Shown: piece after piece, positions 18,796 through 28,287 of the stretch | Numbering within the stretch: the stretch's first letter is position 1 | How the letters are laid out: each line of letters begins with the position of its first letter | Source of the DNA: an uncultured Verrucomicrobiota bacterium | GTDB lineage: Bacteria; Verrucomicrobiota; Verrucomicrobiia; Limisphaerales; UBA1100 | DNA length: 64,000 bases | Reading direction: 5' to 3' | Assembly: GCA_902551155.1 (NCBI GenBank) | Contig: CACDBG010000002.1 | Location: 6,914-70,913, forward strand | The notes under the pieces: generated by a model | Seen by the model: only the letters and a program-made list of their open reading frames with translations | Database searches by the model: none | What the model was told of the DNA's origin: nothing | Made by a program: the position numbers and the translations under genes

Positions 18796-19887
18796 TCAGC
18801 GATAGATTAAAAGATCCATTAAGCGTTGACCTTTACTGGTAAAGGTCCACTTTTGGCCTCGCTTAAAAAGTAATCCACTGCAGCGATGTTGATTGTACAC
18901 TTCTTCATCAACTTCAAGAACGGTATATTTAGCTCGTGGCGTTTGCTTTGCCTCATAAATTGGTTTGGCTCTAAGGGGTAGCCCTGAAAAATTAAGAGAC
19001 ACGTCCCATGCTAACGGTTCTTTCTCGCTGCTTACATTAAAGCAAAGTTGGTTGTACCTTTCAAAGTAGTCGATTTTTTTGCGGTAAACGCGTACTCGGC
19101 ATAGTAATGCCTCAGAGGCGAGGTGCTCTACGAAGTCTATTTTATTGGATTGATCTTCTATGAGGATTTTGGCTGCGTCTAAGCCTAATAGGTTTAATCC
19201 GCTCCAATTTCCATGATGGTTCTTCCCATCTTTATACCAAGTTGGAAACCAATTTTTAAAGTTTGAGTTAATCTGAACTCCTATTTCAAAGTGTAAATGA
19301 GCCCGCCAACTTTCAATTTTTTCGCGGGTATTTGAAGTTCTTCCGAGGATGCCGAGTTTTTTACCGGCGTTTAATTGTATACCAATTTGAATATTTTGAT
19401 CTATTTCACTCAGGTGAGCGTATAATGAGTAGAAACTAAAACCATTAAGATTATGGTAAAGCACGACGTATTTTCCATAATTCGAAGTGGCTATATTACG
19501 ATTAACATGGACTACGACCCCGTTAAATACAGCCCGTACTGAATCCGTGGGTTCATTATTTTGGTCTCGCTCAATACTTGCGATATCAATTCCCTCGTGA
19601 AGTCTGGACCCGTTGTTCCGCACGCAGCCGAAGGTTCCGCTAGTCCAAGCTTTAGCTTTTGTTGTGGGTGTGAAGAAACTTTCCGATCCGTTGTCGTCCA
19701 GTAGGGCATGGTTCTCGGTTGGGAAAGTAAAAGTGGGGCGTAAAATATTTTCTGATCCGGCAGGTTGAGGCTGAACTGCTGAGTCATGCTTTTCGTTTCT
19801 GCACCCTGTGAAACTAAAAAATAGACAAAGAAGAGGCAGTCTGGAGATGGCCAGAGCTAGGAGTATCTGTTGGTTAAAGCTGGTCAA
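18796..19887 (-). CDS. M23 family metallopeptidase, probable lipoprotein.
   Basis: Signal and lipobox-like FSFTGC. M23 metal motifs are HEGIDIA and HLHFEI. There is an additional C-terminal domain of about 130 aa. Confidence 0.85.
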   Translation of the reverse strand: MTSFNQQILLALAISRLPLLCLFFSFTGCRNEKHDSAVQPQPAGSENILRPTFTFPTENHALLDDNGSESFFTPTTKAKAWTSGTFGCVRNNGSRLHEGIDIASIERDQNNEPTDSVRAVFNGVVVHVNRNIATSNYGKYVVLYHNLNGFSFYSLYAHLSEIDQNIQIGIQLNAGKKLGILGRTSNTREKIESWRAHLHFEIGVQINSNFKNWFPTWYKDGKNHHGNWSGLNLLGLDAAKILIEDQSNKIDFVEHLASEALLCRVRVYRKKIDYFERYNQLCFNVSSEKEPLAWDVSLNFSGLPLRAKPIYEAKQTPRAKYTVLEVDEEVYNQHRCSGLLFKRGQKWTFTSKGQRLMDLLIYR

Positions 19888-19914
19888 TGCTTGTAGCGGC
19901 GGGGGGCTATTGGC

Positions 19915-20451
19915 TTAATAATCTTTTAAGGTATTATTTAATAGTTTTGTAATTTTTTCTGATTCATCCCTCGAGGCGTCGGGAGTGAATACCAAAGGGG
20001 TACTGAATGTCTGGTTTATATAATGTGATCCAATGCACGTCATTTTGACTTTGTTGGTTTTTGAATGATCGTCATTTTTTGCAAGAACAATGTAAAGCTG
20101 TCTTGACCTAAAATTTGTGGTTATGTGCTCCATGACCGATTGCCCGAGGGTCGTGAAATTCAGCTGAATTGCGTGAAGCCCATCCTGAGTATCGATCACT
20201 TTACTTGATGTAATCATTCCTGAATCTCCTCTCATAACTGGTTTTGGGTCTATGTATACAAGCTTTGGCTTTGCTTGATAGACCTTTAGCAACTGTGTCT
20301 CTTCTCCTTGCTGCGGGAATCCCTGGATAAACAAAGCTAATTGTGCTTTGTCTCTGCCCGTGTCAACGGAGTATTTTTTTACACACCCAAGCAAAGATGC
20401 TAGCAGAACAAATGCTGCGAAAATCAGGTGGGATCGTAAAAACCGTCTCAT
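19915..20451 (-). CDS. Hypothetical lipoprotein whose central part loosely resembles the SecD P1-head segment.
   Basis: 178 aa with a signal peptide and lipobox (LASLLGC). No family was recognised with certainty. Confidence 0.7.
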   Translation of the reverse strand: MRRFLRSHLIFAAFVLLASLLGCVKKYSVDTGRDKAQLALFIQGFPQQGEETQLLKVYQAKPKLVYIDPKPVMRGDSGMITSSKVIDTQDGLHAIQLNFTTLGQSVMEHITTNFRSRQLYIVLAKNDDHSKTNKVKMTCIGSHYINQTFSTPLVFTPDASRDESEKITKLLNNTLKDY

Positions 20452-20569
20452 GCGTACCTGATACTATACTTCGGCTAGGTTATCAAATAACAGACAACCC
20501 ACAAAGAATTCGAGTTATACACATTCGTATTTTGTTTTTCTCCGTTAATGTGGGTGAGTGAGTGGAAAA

Positions 20570-20995
20570 CTATGGGTAACCGTGGCGATTAAGCAAAAAC
20601 TTTAGCGCTGCAAAGTAAATGAAATGGTAATCTGAGGGGTAAGAGGCGAGACCCGTGGCAGAGGCAAACGCGTCGTCAAAAGCGATGGCTGACCTGTTGT
20701 CAAACGGCTAGGACATGATTAATTACTTGCTTATCCCAGCTTGGTCCACGAGTTAATGGCCGCAACCATTGACTGTGTGGGCAAATAAACCTCACCCAAT
20801 AATCCATGTGCTTAAAAAAGCTTTGGGCGGCCCTGCTATGAGGCCGACAACTCCGCAAGTCACGGAGAATAGCGTCGGGGAGCTATCGACCTTAAAAATT
20901 GGTGCCAAATGATCGCAACGGGAAAGAGCCCGTGGCGAGCGCCCACCCCCCAATTTGTCCCTTCCGGACTCGTTCTGGAAACGCTTTTTGCTTAT
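20570..20995. ncRNA. Candidate structured non-coding RNA or long leader. Family and strand are unassigned.
   Basis: About 500 bp have no credible ORF and look visibly more GC-rich than other intergenic DNA. Nested hairpins lie at 20755-20770, 20844-20878 and 20901-20947. CCGTGGC occurs three times (20580, 20653, 20930). Confidence 0.3.
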
Positions 20996-21074
20996 ATTAA
21001 TTGGTCTAATTTTTCCCGAAAAACCTTGCCTCCCTCCGCACAACCATGTTCATTTCATTTAAACTTTTGAGGTT

Positions 21075-22082
21075 ATGGGAAAGATTTACAACGATATAGT
21101 CGAGACTGTGGGAGGCACACCATTAGTACGTCTTAACGCAGTTACCGAGGGTCTTGACGCCACGGTTCTTTTGAAGTGTGAGTTCTTTAATCCCCTATCG
21201 AGCGTCAAAGATCGGATCGGAATGGCAATAATAGATGCCGCTGAGAGTGACGGAATTCTTAATGAAGATACAGTTATTATTGAGCCGACGAGCGGCAATA
21301 CCGGTATTGCTCTAGCGTTTGTTGCTGCAGCTAGAAATTATAAACTTATTCTTACCATGCCAGAGAGCATGTCCTTAGAGCGTCGGACTCTTCTTTCAAT
21401 GCTTGGGGCTGATTTGGTTCTTACTCCAGCAGCAAAGGGCATGAAAGGGGCGATTGCAATGGCTGAAAAACTGGCTAAAGAGACTAAAAACTCTTGGATT
21501 CCCCAACAATTCAAAAATCCAGCTAATCCAGAAATTCACCGCAAAACGACAGCTCTAGAAATCTGGGAAGATACTGAAGGGCAAGTTGACATTTTGGTTG
21601 CCGGGGTTGGGACAGGGGGCACCATCACTGGATGTGTGGAAGTTATTAAAACTAAAAAACCTGATTTTCAGGCTATTGCTGTAGAGCCTGCAGATTCACC
21701 AGTTATATCCCAAACCTTAGTCGGGGAAGACTTAACGCCTGGGCCACATAAAATTCAAGGGACAGGGGCAGGCTTCGTGCCGGAAAATCTACACTTAAAT
21801 GGCGCTGACGGCACTGAACAAATTTCAGAATGCATTAAGGTATCGAACGAAAACGCTTTTATAGTTGCACGCGAACTTGCCTCAAAAGAGGGAATATTAG
21901 CCGGGATATCGACTGGAGCAAATGTTTGGGCCGCATTGGAAGTGGCTAAAAGGCCTGAAAATACAGGAAAAACAATTGTTACGATCGGTTGTTCGACGGG
22001 TGAGCGATACTTGAGTACAGCATTAGCCGAAGAATCGCGAAATAAAGTTTCAGAGTTAAGCGTGCAGGATCCTGATTCATAG
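21075..22082 (+). CDS. cysK: Cysteine synthase A (O-acetylserine sulfhydrylase).
   Basis: [17 protein letters not shown] (PLP lysine), [20 protein letters not shown]. Confidence 0.93.
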   Translation: MGKIYNDIVETVGGTPLVRLNAVTEGLDATVLLKCEFFNPLSSVKDRIGMAIIDAAESDGILNEDTVIIEPTSGNTGIALAFVAAARNYKLILTMPESMSLERRTLLSMLGADLVLTPAAKGMKGAIAMAEKLAKETKNSWIPQQFKNPANPEIHRKTTALEIWEDTEGQVDILVAGVGTGGTITGCVEVIKTKKPDFQAIAVEPADSPVISQTLVGEDLTPGPHKIQGTGAGFVPENLHLNGADGTEQISECIKVSNENAFIVARELASKEGILAGISTGANVWAALEVAKRPENTGKTIVTIGCSTGERYLSTALAEESRNKVSELSVQDPDS

Positions 22083-22097
22083 AGTATTGGTTAAAAA

Positions 22098-22125
22098 TGG
22101 CAAAAAGGTGTTGCCAGTTTCAGAT
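22098..22125 (+). terminator. Possible intrinsic terminator after cysK.
   Basis: TGGCAA-aaaggtg-TTGCCA forms a 6-bp stem, followed by a moderately T-rich GTTTCAGATTT. Confidence 0.3.
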
Positions 22126-22251
22126 TTATCGACATAAATAGGTCGGCTTCACGCTTCCTCTCGAATTCAGTTTGCGAGGAAATCTCCGTTTGATGAAACT
22201 GAGGCAAATTCCTTTAGTTATAAGTACATTCGCAGTTAACACCATTCTATT

Positions 22252-23382
22252 ATGGCTAGAAATAATAAAGCTGATTACCCCGAAGAGGGAGAAGGTTATC
22301 TTGAAATTTCCGACAAGGGTTTTGGTTTTTTGAGATCTCCAGGTAACCGTTTTCAATCCAAGCCCACCGATATTTTTGTGACGCCGGATACAATCCGTCG
22401 ACACTATCTTCGTGAAGGCTGTTTTATTAAAGGCCGCCTTGTCCCTCCACACAAGGGTCATAGCCCTCAATTACGAGAGATCTTCAGCGTTAATGAAATG
22501 GATTTCAAAGATTACACAGAATGTTCACGCTTTGAAAATCTCACAACTATTGATCCAATCGAAAAATTTAACTTAGAAACTGACCCTGATATCATTGAAA
22601 CACGTGTTATAGACTTGGTAACTCCCATAGGGAAAGGCACTAGAGGCTTAATAGTGGCGCCTCCCCGTACGGGTAAAACTACCGTTCTGAAACAGATATG
22701 CAACGCGGTTACAACAAATCACCCCGATGTCAAAACCATTGTAATGCTTATCGATGAACGCCCTGAGGAAGTAACGGATTTCGAGCGCTCGGTTGATGCT
22801 GAAGTCGTTGCCTCTTCAAATGATATGGATTTGGAGACGCATGTTCGGTTATCTAGATTTATGATCGAGCGCTGCCGTCGTATGGTTGAATGTGGGCAGG
22901 ATGTGTTTGTTCTGATGGATTCAATTACTCGTATTGCGCGCGCATATAATAACGTTAAGGGCGGTAGTGGCCGTACGATGTCGGGCGGGGTGGATGCGCG
23001 AGCTCTTGAAATTCCACGACGAATGTTTGCTGCTGCTAGAAATATTGAAGATGGGGGTTCGCTGACTATCCTAGCCACAGCACTTGTTGACACTGGGAGT
23101 CGTATGGATGAGCTGATTTTCCAGGAGTTTAAGGGCACTGGTAATATGGAGTTGATTTTGGACCGAAAACTTTCTGAACGAAGATTGTATCCCGCTATAG
23201 ACATTCCAAAAAGTGGTACAAGAAAAGAAGAAAAGCTCTTCCCCGAAATACACCTTGATGCAATCCGAAAACTACGGCGAACCATGGTTGATCTTGATCC
23301 GATTAACGCGATGGAAACTCTGGTGGGGGCATTAAAGAAACATCCAACAAACGCAGAGCTTCTCACCAAACTTAAGACCTGA
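22252..23382 (+). CDS. rho: Transcription termination factor Rho, short form lacking the N-terminal helix bundle.
   Basis: 376 aa. The sequence starts directly at the OB/CSD-like RNA-binding region (GEGYLEISDKGFGFLRS). Walker A is PPRTGKTT, followed by ...LIDERPEEV... and ...EFKGTGNMEL.... Confidence 0.95.
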   Translation: MARNNKADYPEEGEGYLEISDKGFGFLRSPGNRFQSKPTDIFVTPDTIRRHYLREGCFIKGRLVPPHKGHSPQLREIFSVNEMDFKDYTECSRFENLTTIDPIEKFNLETDPDIIETRVIDLVTPIGKGTRGLIVAPPRTGKTTVLKQICNAVTTNHPDVKTIVMLIDERPEEVTDFERSVDAEVVASSNDMDLETHVRLSRFMIERCRRMVECGQDVFVLMDSITRIARAYNNVKGGSGRTMSGGVDARALEIPRRMFAAARNIEDGGSLTILATALVDTGSRMDELIFQEFKGTGNMELILDRKLSERRLYPAIDIPKSGTRKEEKLFPEIHLDAIRKLRRTMVDLDPINAMETLVGALKKHPTNAELLTKLKT

Positions 23383-23393
23383 TAAACTTCTTT

Positions 23394-24410
23394 ATGGCTA
23401 ACGCCAAAAGGGAAGAAACAGTTAAGACTAAAAAAAGTCGTCCGACAGCTTTGTGTTCTCGGCCTCCGCTTGAACGGATGATGGAAATTCATGAGTCCGT
23501 TAAGCGCGGGAATTACCCTAATGCCAGCACTTTGGCTCGCAAAATGGAGGTGAGCACCAAAACTATACACCGTGATATTCAGTTCATGCGAGATAGGTGG
23601 GATTTGCCTATTGAATTTGATCCTGCCTACAACGGATTTAAGTATACGCGGCCAGTAGAATCATTCCCAATGCTTCAAATCAACGAAGGCGAGCTTTTTG
23701 CGCTTCTGATCGCCGAAAAGGCTTTGCAAAATTACCGTGGGACTGTTTTTGAAAAAAGATTATCAACAGCTTTTCGGAAAATAGCAGATTCTTTACCCGA
23801 TGCTGTAAGTATTCACCTTAATGAGTGGGATGAAGCACTTTCTTTTCGGCATACAGGAGAGTCTAGGGTGGAAATTGAGGTTTTCGATGTGATTAGTCAG
23901 GCAGCAGCTAGATGTCGGCAAATCAAGATTCAATATCGAAAGCCAAACCAAAAAGCCGAAATACGAGTTATTGACCCTTACCAGCTCGCAAACATTAATA
24001 ATGAGTGGTATTTGTATGCATTCGACCATAAACGTTCTGAGATTCGGTGCTTTGCTCCAACCAGGATTCTTGTTGTAGATTTCACAGGTAAAAAGTTTGA
24101 ACGACCAGAAGGGTTTTCCTTGGACAACTATCTTGCGGATTCATTTGGCGTCTTCAAAGGCGATGAATGCTATGATGTACGAGTGAAATTTTTACGGGAT
24201 GTATCACCTTTCATAAGGGAGAAAACTTGGCACCCCACCCAGCGGATCAAGGAGTATAAGGATGGTTCATTGGTGATTGAGATGCGTCTCAGTCACTTAT
24301 CCGAAATCCGGAGATGGATTCTCGGCTGGGGCGGGCAAGCGATCGTGCTGGCTCCTGAAGAGTTGAGAGAATCCGTCAAGTCTGAGGCTAAAGTAATTGT
24401 GGATAACTAA
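23394..24410 (+). CDS. HTH plus WYL-domain transcriptional regulator (YafY/PafBC-like).
   Basis: The N-terminal wHTH is NASTLARKMEVSTKTIHRDIQFM. The central WYL region is IDPYQLANINNEWYLYAF, followed by a C-terminal WCX-like part. Confidence 0.8.
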   Translation: MANAKREETVKTKKSRPTALCSRPPLERMMEIHESVKRGNYPNASTLARKMEVSTKTIHRDIQFMRDRWDLPIEFDPAYNGFKYTRPVESFPMLQINEGELFALLIAEKALQNYRGTVFEKRLSTAFRKIADSLPDAVSIHLNEWDEALSFRHTGESRVEIEVFDVISQAAARCRQIKIQYRKPNQKAEIRVIDPYQLANINNEWYLYAFDHKRSEIRCFAPTRILVVDFTGKKFERPEGFSLDNYLADSFGVFKGDECYDVRVKFLRDVSPFIREKTWHPTQRIKEYKDGSLVIEMRLSHLSEIRRWILGWGGQAIVLAPEELRESVKSEAKVIVDN

Positions 24411-24488
24411 TCGGGAATCCGCTTGGCTCCAGAGGTTGATTCACAGGAATATCCGCCCGTTCGCTAGTCGCGAACTTAGGAGGTTGAG

Positions 24489-27400
24489 ATGTATCTTAAA
24501 AGTCTTAAAGCTATTGGGTTTAAGTCATTCGCAGATAAAACGACACTAAATTTTGAGCCTGGCATTACGGCTGTTGTAGGCCCTAATGGATGCGGAAAAT
24601 CTAATATTTCCGATGCCATACGCTGGGTGCTCGGTGAACAATCCGCCAAAGCCTTGCGTGGAGGCGAGATGGCGGATGTGATTTTTAGCGGCACAGATGG
24701 AGTTCGCGGCCGTAAACCTACGAGTATGGCAGAAGTATCAATCACAATAGGGGATGTAGATACTGAAAACCTCAAAGCAGCTGGTGTGGATTTGGCTTTT
24801 GCTGAAGTTACCGTAACTCGTCGTGTATTTCGTGACGGGGGAAGTGAATATTTTCTTAATGGTGCCTCTTGCAGGTTGCGAGATGTTCAGCAGCTGTTTA
24901 TGGGCACCGGTGTTGGGCGTAATAGTTATAGCATAATGGCTCAGGGCCAAATAACTAACATCATCAAGAGCAAACCTTCAGAACGACGTGCTGTATTTGA
25001 AGAAGCTGCAGGGATAACTAAATTCAAGCAGCAAAAAAAGGAAGCTTTGCGTAAACTTGATTATACTGAGCAGAACTTGCTTCGACTTGAGGATACTATT
25101 CGTGAGGTTAAGCGTCAGATTGGGTCGCTTCAAAGACAGGCTGGCAAAGCCAAACGTTATCAGAAAATTATGGATGAGTTGCGCGAGCTAGAAACCAAGC
25201 TTGCCCGCCATGAGTTCGATAAAATTGACCTAGAGCTGCAGGTAATTCGAAAGGAATCTGAGGGCATTCGCGATAGTCTTGAGAACCATTCATCGGGAAT
25301 TATCAATGAGGAAGCGCAGCTTAAAGAATTACGCAAAACATTAACTGAGCTCGACCGGCAGATTAGTGCTACACAGCAGCATGGGTTGGAGTTAAAATCG
25401 GAAGTTGAGCGCCATGAAAGCAGAATTCAATATAACGAACAACGCATGGAAGAGCTGGATGCTCAACATGCTGAGGCGGAGGCCGATATTTCAGGCGCTC
25501 AGGAACGGCGCAAGCTGGTGGATGCTGAGCTGGAGGGCATCAACCAGAATTTAGATGATTCGGGCCATGCTTTAGATAGAGCGCGCCAGCACGTCTCTGA
25601 AAAGCGGAATATCGTTGAAGCGGCCGAATCTGCAATCAGCCAGCGACAATCGGAGCTTAGTGATGTCAATAGTGACAGCGCAAACATTAATCAACGCCTG
25701 ACTGGTTCTCGAAATGAGTTAAATGCGCTCGAGCTGCAAAAACAAGGCAACGCAGCGCGGCTTGAGAAACTATCGGCTGAAAAGATTCAGCTCGAAGAAG
25801 AACGCGGGAAACTTGAGACGAGCCTTGGAGAATTCGAGCGCAGTGTAGAGGATGACTCACTGCATGTCGAAACGCACCGGGGTACCGTTGAACAACGTCA
25901 AAAACGGTTGTCTGTGATCGGTACTGATCTTTCCAATGCCGAGGAGGACCTAGATGGACTACTTCGCCGGCAAACCGAAGCTAAATCGCGGAAAGAAGTG
26001 CTGAAGCAGCTAATTGAATCCAAGGAAGGTTTCAGTGCGGGTGCTCAGACTGTTCTAACTCAGTTTGACAATGCAATCGGTTCACTTGCTGATCAAATTC
26101 GCGTGCCTGACGATAGCGTTAATGCCATAGAAGCCGCCTTGGGCTCCAATCTGCAACTAGTCATCACCGAGCAGCCCCAGAGCGCTGATCAGATGCTCCA
26201 ACGCCTTGCTCAAGGTGAACAGGGCCGAGCCAGTATTGTGGCCTTAGAGCTTTTACGCCAGCGAGGAGGCGCCATACCGCCGGCTGATATTCCCGAAGGC
26301 GCGGTACATGCGCTGGATATTGTTGAAACCGATGACCGAATTCAGCCGCTCCTGCAAACGCTTCTTGGCCGTACCTTAATCGTTGATTCATTAGAAGTGG
26401 CCACACGCCTTTGGAGGATAAGTCCTGGGCGTTTTGATTACGTCACGAGGCAGGGTGAGTCCCTTAGTCAACAGGGTGTTTACACTGGCGGACAGGGTAG
26501 CGGTAAGGAGCACCATTCCGTCCTCGCCCGACGTAATCAAATTGATGAACTGGAGGTTCAGCTGAATACGCTGGGCCGCCAAATAGACGATTTCAGCCGC
26601 GCCAAAGGTCAGTTGTTAGCCGAGCAAACCGAGCTTCAAGCAAGTTTGCAAAATGCTCGCGATCAACTCAGCGACCGGGAGGTGGCTGTTGCCACCCGTA
26701 AGGGCGAATTCAAGGCCTTACAAAACTCCCGGCATGTACTTGAACAAAAAATTGAAGCGGTGGTGTTTGAGGTGCAAAACCTAGCTGAGCAAGAGGAGGT
26801 GGCAAAATGCAAATCCATTGAATTGAATGCTCGAATTCGCCAGCTAGAAGAGCGCAACCGTCAAGTTCAGGAATCGATTACTGCTCACGAGAATTTTATT
26901 CAGGAACAACGCAATCACCGTGAAACAGCCCAAGAGGATCTTACCGAGGCAAAGGTCGCGCTCTCAAAGGCTGAGGAGCGGGAATCTTCACTGCAGGATC
27001 AGAAAGCCCCGATGGAGCAACAGTTGGCTGAACTGTTGCGTACACTTGAACGTGCCCAACAAACCCTCAGTGAAAGCTCAGAACGCAAACTCCAATTTGA
27101 ATCCCAAAACGCCGAATCCCGCCGAGAAACCGAACGTATCCGCGTGGAGCGTGAAGCGAGCAGTGAGAAAACGGCAGAACTCATCCAGCGCCGTAATGAG
27201 CAGGCTGTGGATTCTGAGCGCCGAGAAATGGAGCTTTCTGAAAAGCGTAATTCGCTCACTGAAATGCAGGAACGAAAAGGCGAAATAGAAGTAGAGGTCA
27301 CGCAGAAGCAGATGAAACAAGAACAGCTTGTTGAGCGGATTAAAGAAAAATATGATCTAGATTTGCGCCAAGTGCAGGGTGATGTGGCAACTATTAATAT

Positions 27401-28220
27401 TACCGCTGACGGCCAAACCACTACTGAAACTATTACCGCTGAAGAAGCATCTCCTGAAACCAAAGCCTTGACTGACTGGAGTGCTGTTAGGGCTCAAGTC
27501 GAGTCAATGCAGGACAAGATAGATAGCATGGGCCCAGTGAATCTGGTGGCAATCGATGAATATCAGGAAGTTGAGGAACGCTTCGATTTTCTTACCACAC
27601 AGCACGAGGATTTGGTGAATGCAAAGACTGAACTGGAGGGGGTGATTGCTCGCATCGACAAACAATCCCGCGAGATGTTCACCGAAACCTTCGAGAAAGT
27701 CCGCGCAAATTTTCAGAAAATGTTTCCGGATTTATTTGGAGGTGGCCGGGCAGATTTGGTTCTTACGGAGGAAGAAGATGTGCTTGAGGCCGGGGTGGAA
27801 ATTGTCGCCTCGCCCCCTGGGAAGAAGCTTCACCGCATTGGTCTACTATCAGGCGGTGAGCAAACCATGACAGCTGTGGCTTTGCTCTTTTCACTTTATC
27901 AGGTCAAGCCCAGCCCGTTTTGCGTGTTGGATGAATTAGATGCTCCGCTTGATGATGCTAATATCGACCGGTATGTCCAAAAGCTAAAGGAATTTCTTGC
28001 GCATTCTCAGTTCATTGTCATTACGCACAGCAAGCGTACCATTAGCGCAGCTGACGTCATTTATGGTGTGACTATGCAAGAACGCGGGGTAAGCCGTATG
28101 GTGAGCGTGAAATTTAGTGCTGATCAAGCCGGTGCAAGTAATGTAAATAGAATTAGCCAGTCTGATTCAAAACTAGAAATGGCGCCTAAAGGAGATGAGG
28201 AAATATTTCTCGCGAAATAA
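24489..28220 (+). CDS. smc: Chromosome partition protein SMC.
   Basis: 1243 aa. The Walker A head is GPNGCGKSNISDAIRWVLGEQSAKALRG. There are long coiled coils, a hinge, and a C-terminal LSGGEQ...LDELDAPLD. Confidence 0.96.
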   Translation: MYLKSLKAIGFKSFADKTTLNFEPGITAVVGPNGCGKSNISDAIRWVLGEQSAKALRGGEMADVIFSGTDGVRGRKPTSMAEVSITIGDVDTENLKAAGVDLAFAEVTVTRRVFRDGGSEYFLNGASCRLRDVQQLFMGTGVGRNSYSIMAQGQITNIIKSKPSERRAVFEEAAGITKFKQQKKEALRKLDYTEQNLLRLEDTIREVKRQIGSLQRQAGKAKRYQKIMDELRELETKLARHEFDKIDLELQVIRKESEGIRDSLENHSSGIINEEAQLKELRKTLTELDRQISATQQHGLELKSEVERHESRIQYNEQRMEELDAQHAEAEADISGAQERRKLVDAELEGINQNLDDSGHALDRARQHVSEKRNIVEAAESAISQRQSELSDVNSDSANINQRLTGSRNELNALELQKQGNAARLEKLSAEKIQLEEERGKLETSLGEFERSVEDDSLHVETHRGTVEQRQKRLSVIGTDLSNAEEDLDGLLRRQTEAKSRKEVLKQLIESKEGFSAGAQTVLTQFDNAIGSLADQIRVPDDSVNAIEAALGSNLQLVITEQPQSADQMLQRLAQGEQGRASIVALELLRQRGGAIPPADIPEGAVHALDIVETDDRIQPLLQTLLGRTLIVDSLEVATRLWRISPGRFDYVTRQGESLSQQGVYTGGQGSGKEHHSVLARRNQIDELEVQLNTLGRQIDDFSRAKGQLLAEQTELQASLQNARDQLSDREVAVATRKGEFKALQNSRHVLEQKIEAVVFEVQNLAEQEEVAKCKSIELNARIRQLEERNRQVQESITAHENFIQEQRNHRETAQEDLTEAKVALSKAEERESSLQDQKAPMEQQLAELLRTLERAQQTLSESSERKLQFESQNAESRRETERIRVEREASSEKTAELIQRRNEQAVDSERREMELSEKRNSLTEMQERKGEIEVEVTQKQMKQEQLVERIKEKYDLDLRQVQGDVATINITADGQTTTETITAEEASPETKALTDWSAVRAQVESMQDKIDSMGPVNLVAIDEYQEVEERFDFLTTQHEDLVNAKTELEGVIARIDKQSREMFTETFEKVRANFQKMFPDLFGGGRADLVLTEEEDVLEAGVEIVASPPGKKLHRIGLLSGGEQTMTAVALLFSLYQVKPSPFCVLDELDAPLDDANIDRYVQKLKEFLAHSQFIVITHSKRTISAADVIYGVTMQERGVSRMVSVKFSADQAGASNVNRISQSDSKLEMAPKGDEEIFLAK

Positions 28221-28287
28221 ACCCCTCCCTTAACTTATAAAGCTTCCTCTTGCCATTGGTAATGCGCCTGCGTAGCCTCTGGTTTCC

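Noticed and set aside
20792-21043. An 83-aa minus-strand ORF lies in the long spacer upstream of cysK.
   Set aside because: It is Gly/Arg/Ser-rich with no motif and sits in a region with strong RNA-like hairpins. It is probably a chance ORF in GC-rich non-coding DNA.
20562-21074. I tried to assign the cysK-upstream structured region to RNase P RNA, tmRNA or SRP RNA. Local resemblances include GGTAAGAG..CCCGTGGCA (like the E. coli M1 J11/12 region), a GGGGGGTGGGCGCTCGCCACGGG 5'-end look-alike on the minus strand, and GTCC-GGAA-GGGAC on the minus strand.
   Set aside because: The universal GGAAAGUCC (P4) and ACAGAA..CGGCUUA elements of RNase P are absent on both strands. For tmRNA there is no T-loop (GGTTCGANTCC-like), no acceptor 3' end and no plausible tag ORF ending in hydrophobic residues. 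The GGAA hairpin lacks the GGAAGCAGC 3' side required for SRP. The matches are short enough to be chance.
22719-23570. A 283-aa ORF on the minus strand spans the 3' half of rho and the start of the WYL gene.
   Set aside because: It is antisense to two confidently identified genes. Its composition is Ser/Arg/Ile-rich and low in complexity, as expected for the reverse frame of a coding region, and it has no recognisable motif.
26920-27463. ORFs of 122 aa (+, alternative frame) and 154 aa and 80 aa (-) lie inside smc.
   Set aside because: They fall within the Glu/Arg/Gln-rich coiled-coil coding region of smc, where biased codons keep the other frames open. Their sequences are low-complexity (Ser/Arg-rich).
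23394-28220. The WYL regulator next to a large SMC-like ATPase could be a defence module (Wadjet/Lamassu-style).
   Set aside because: The 1243-aa protein has the canonical chromosomal SMC head, hinge and LSGGEQ/Walker B architecture. No kleisin, nuclease or partner genes typical of those systems are adjacent, and the neighbours are rho and trxB.
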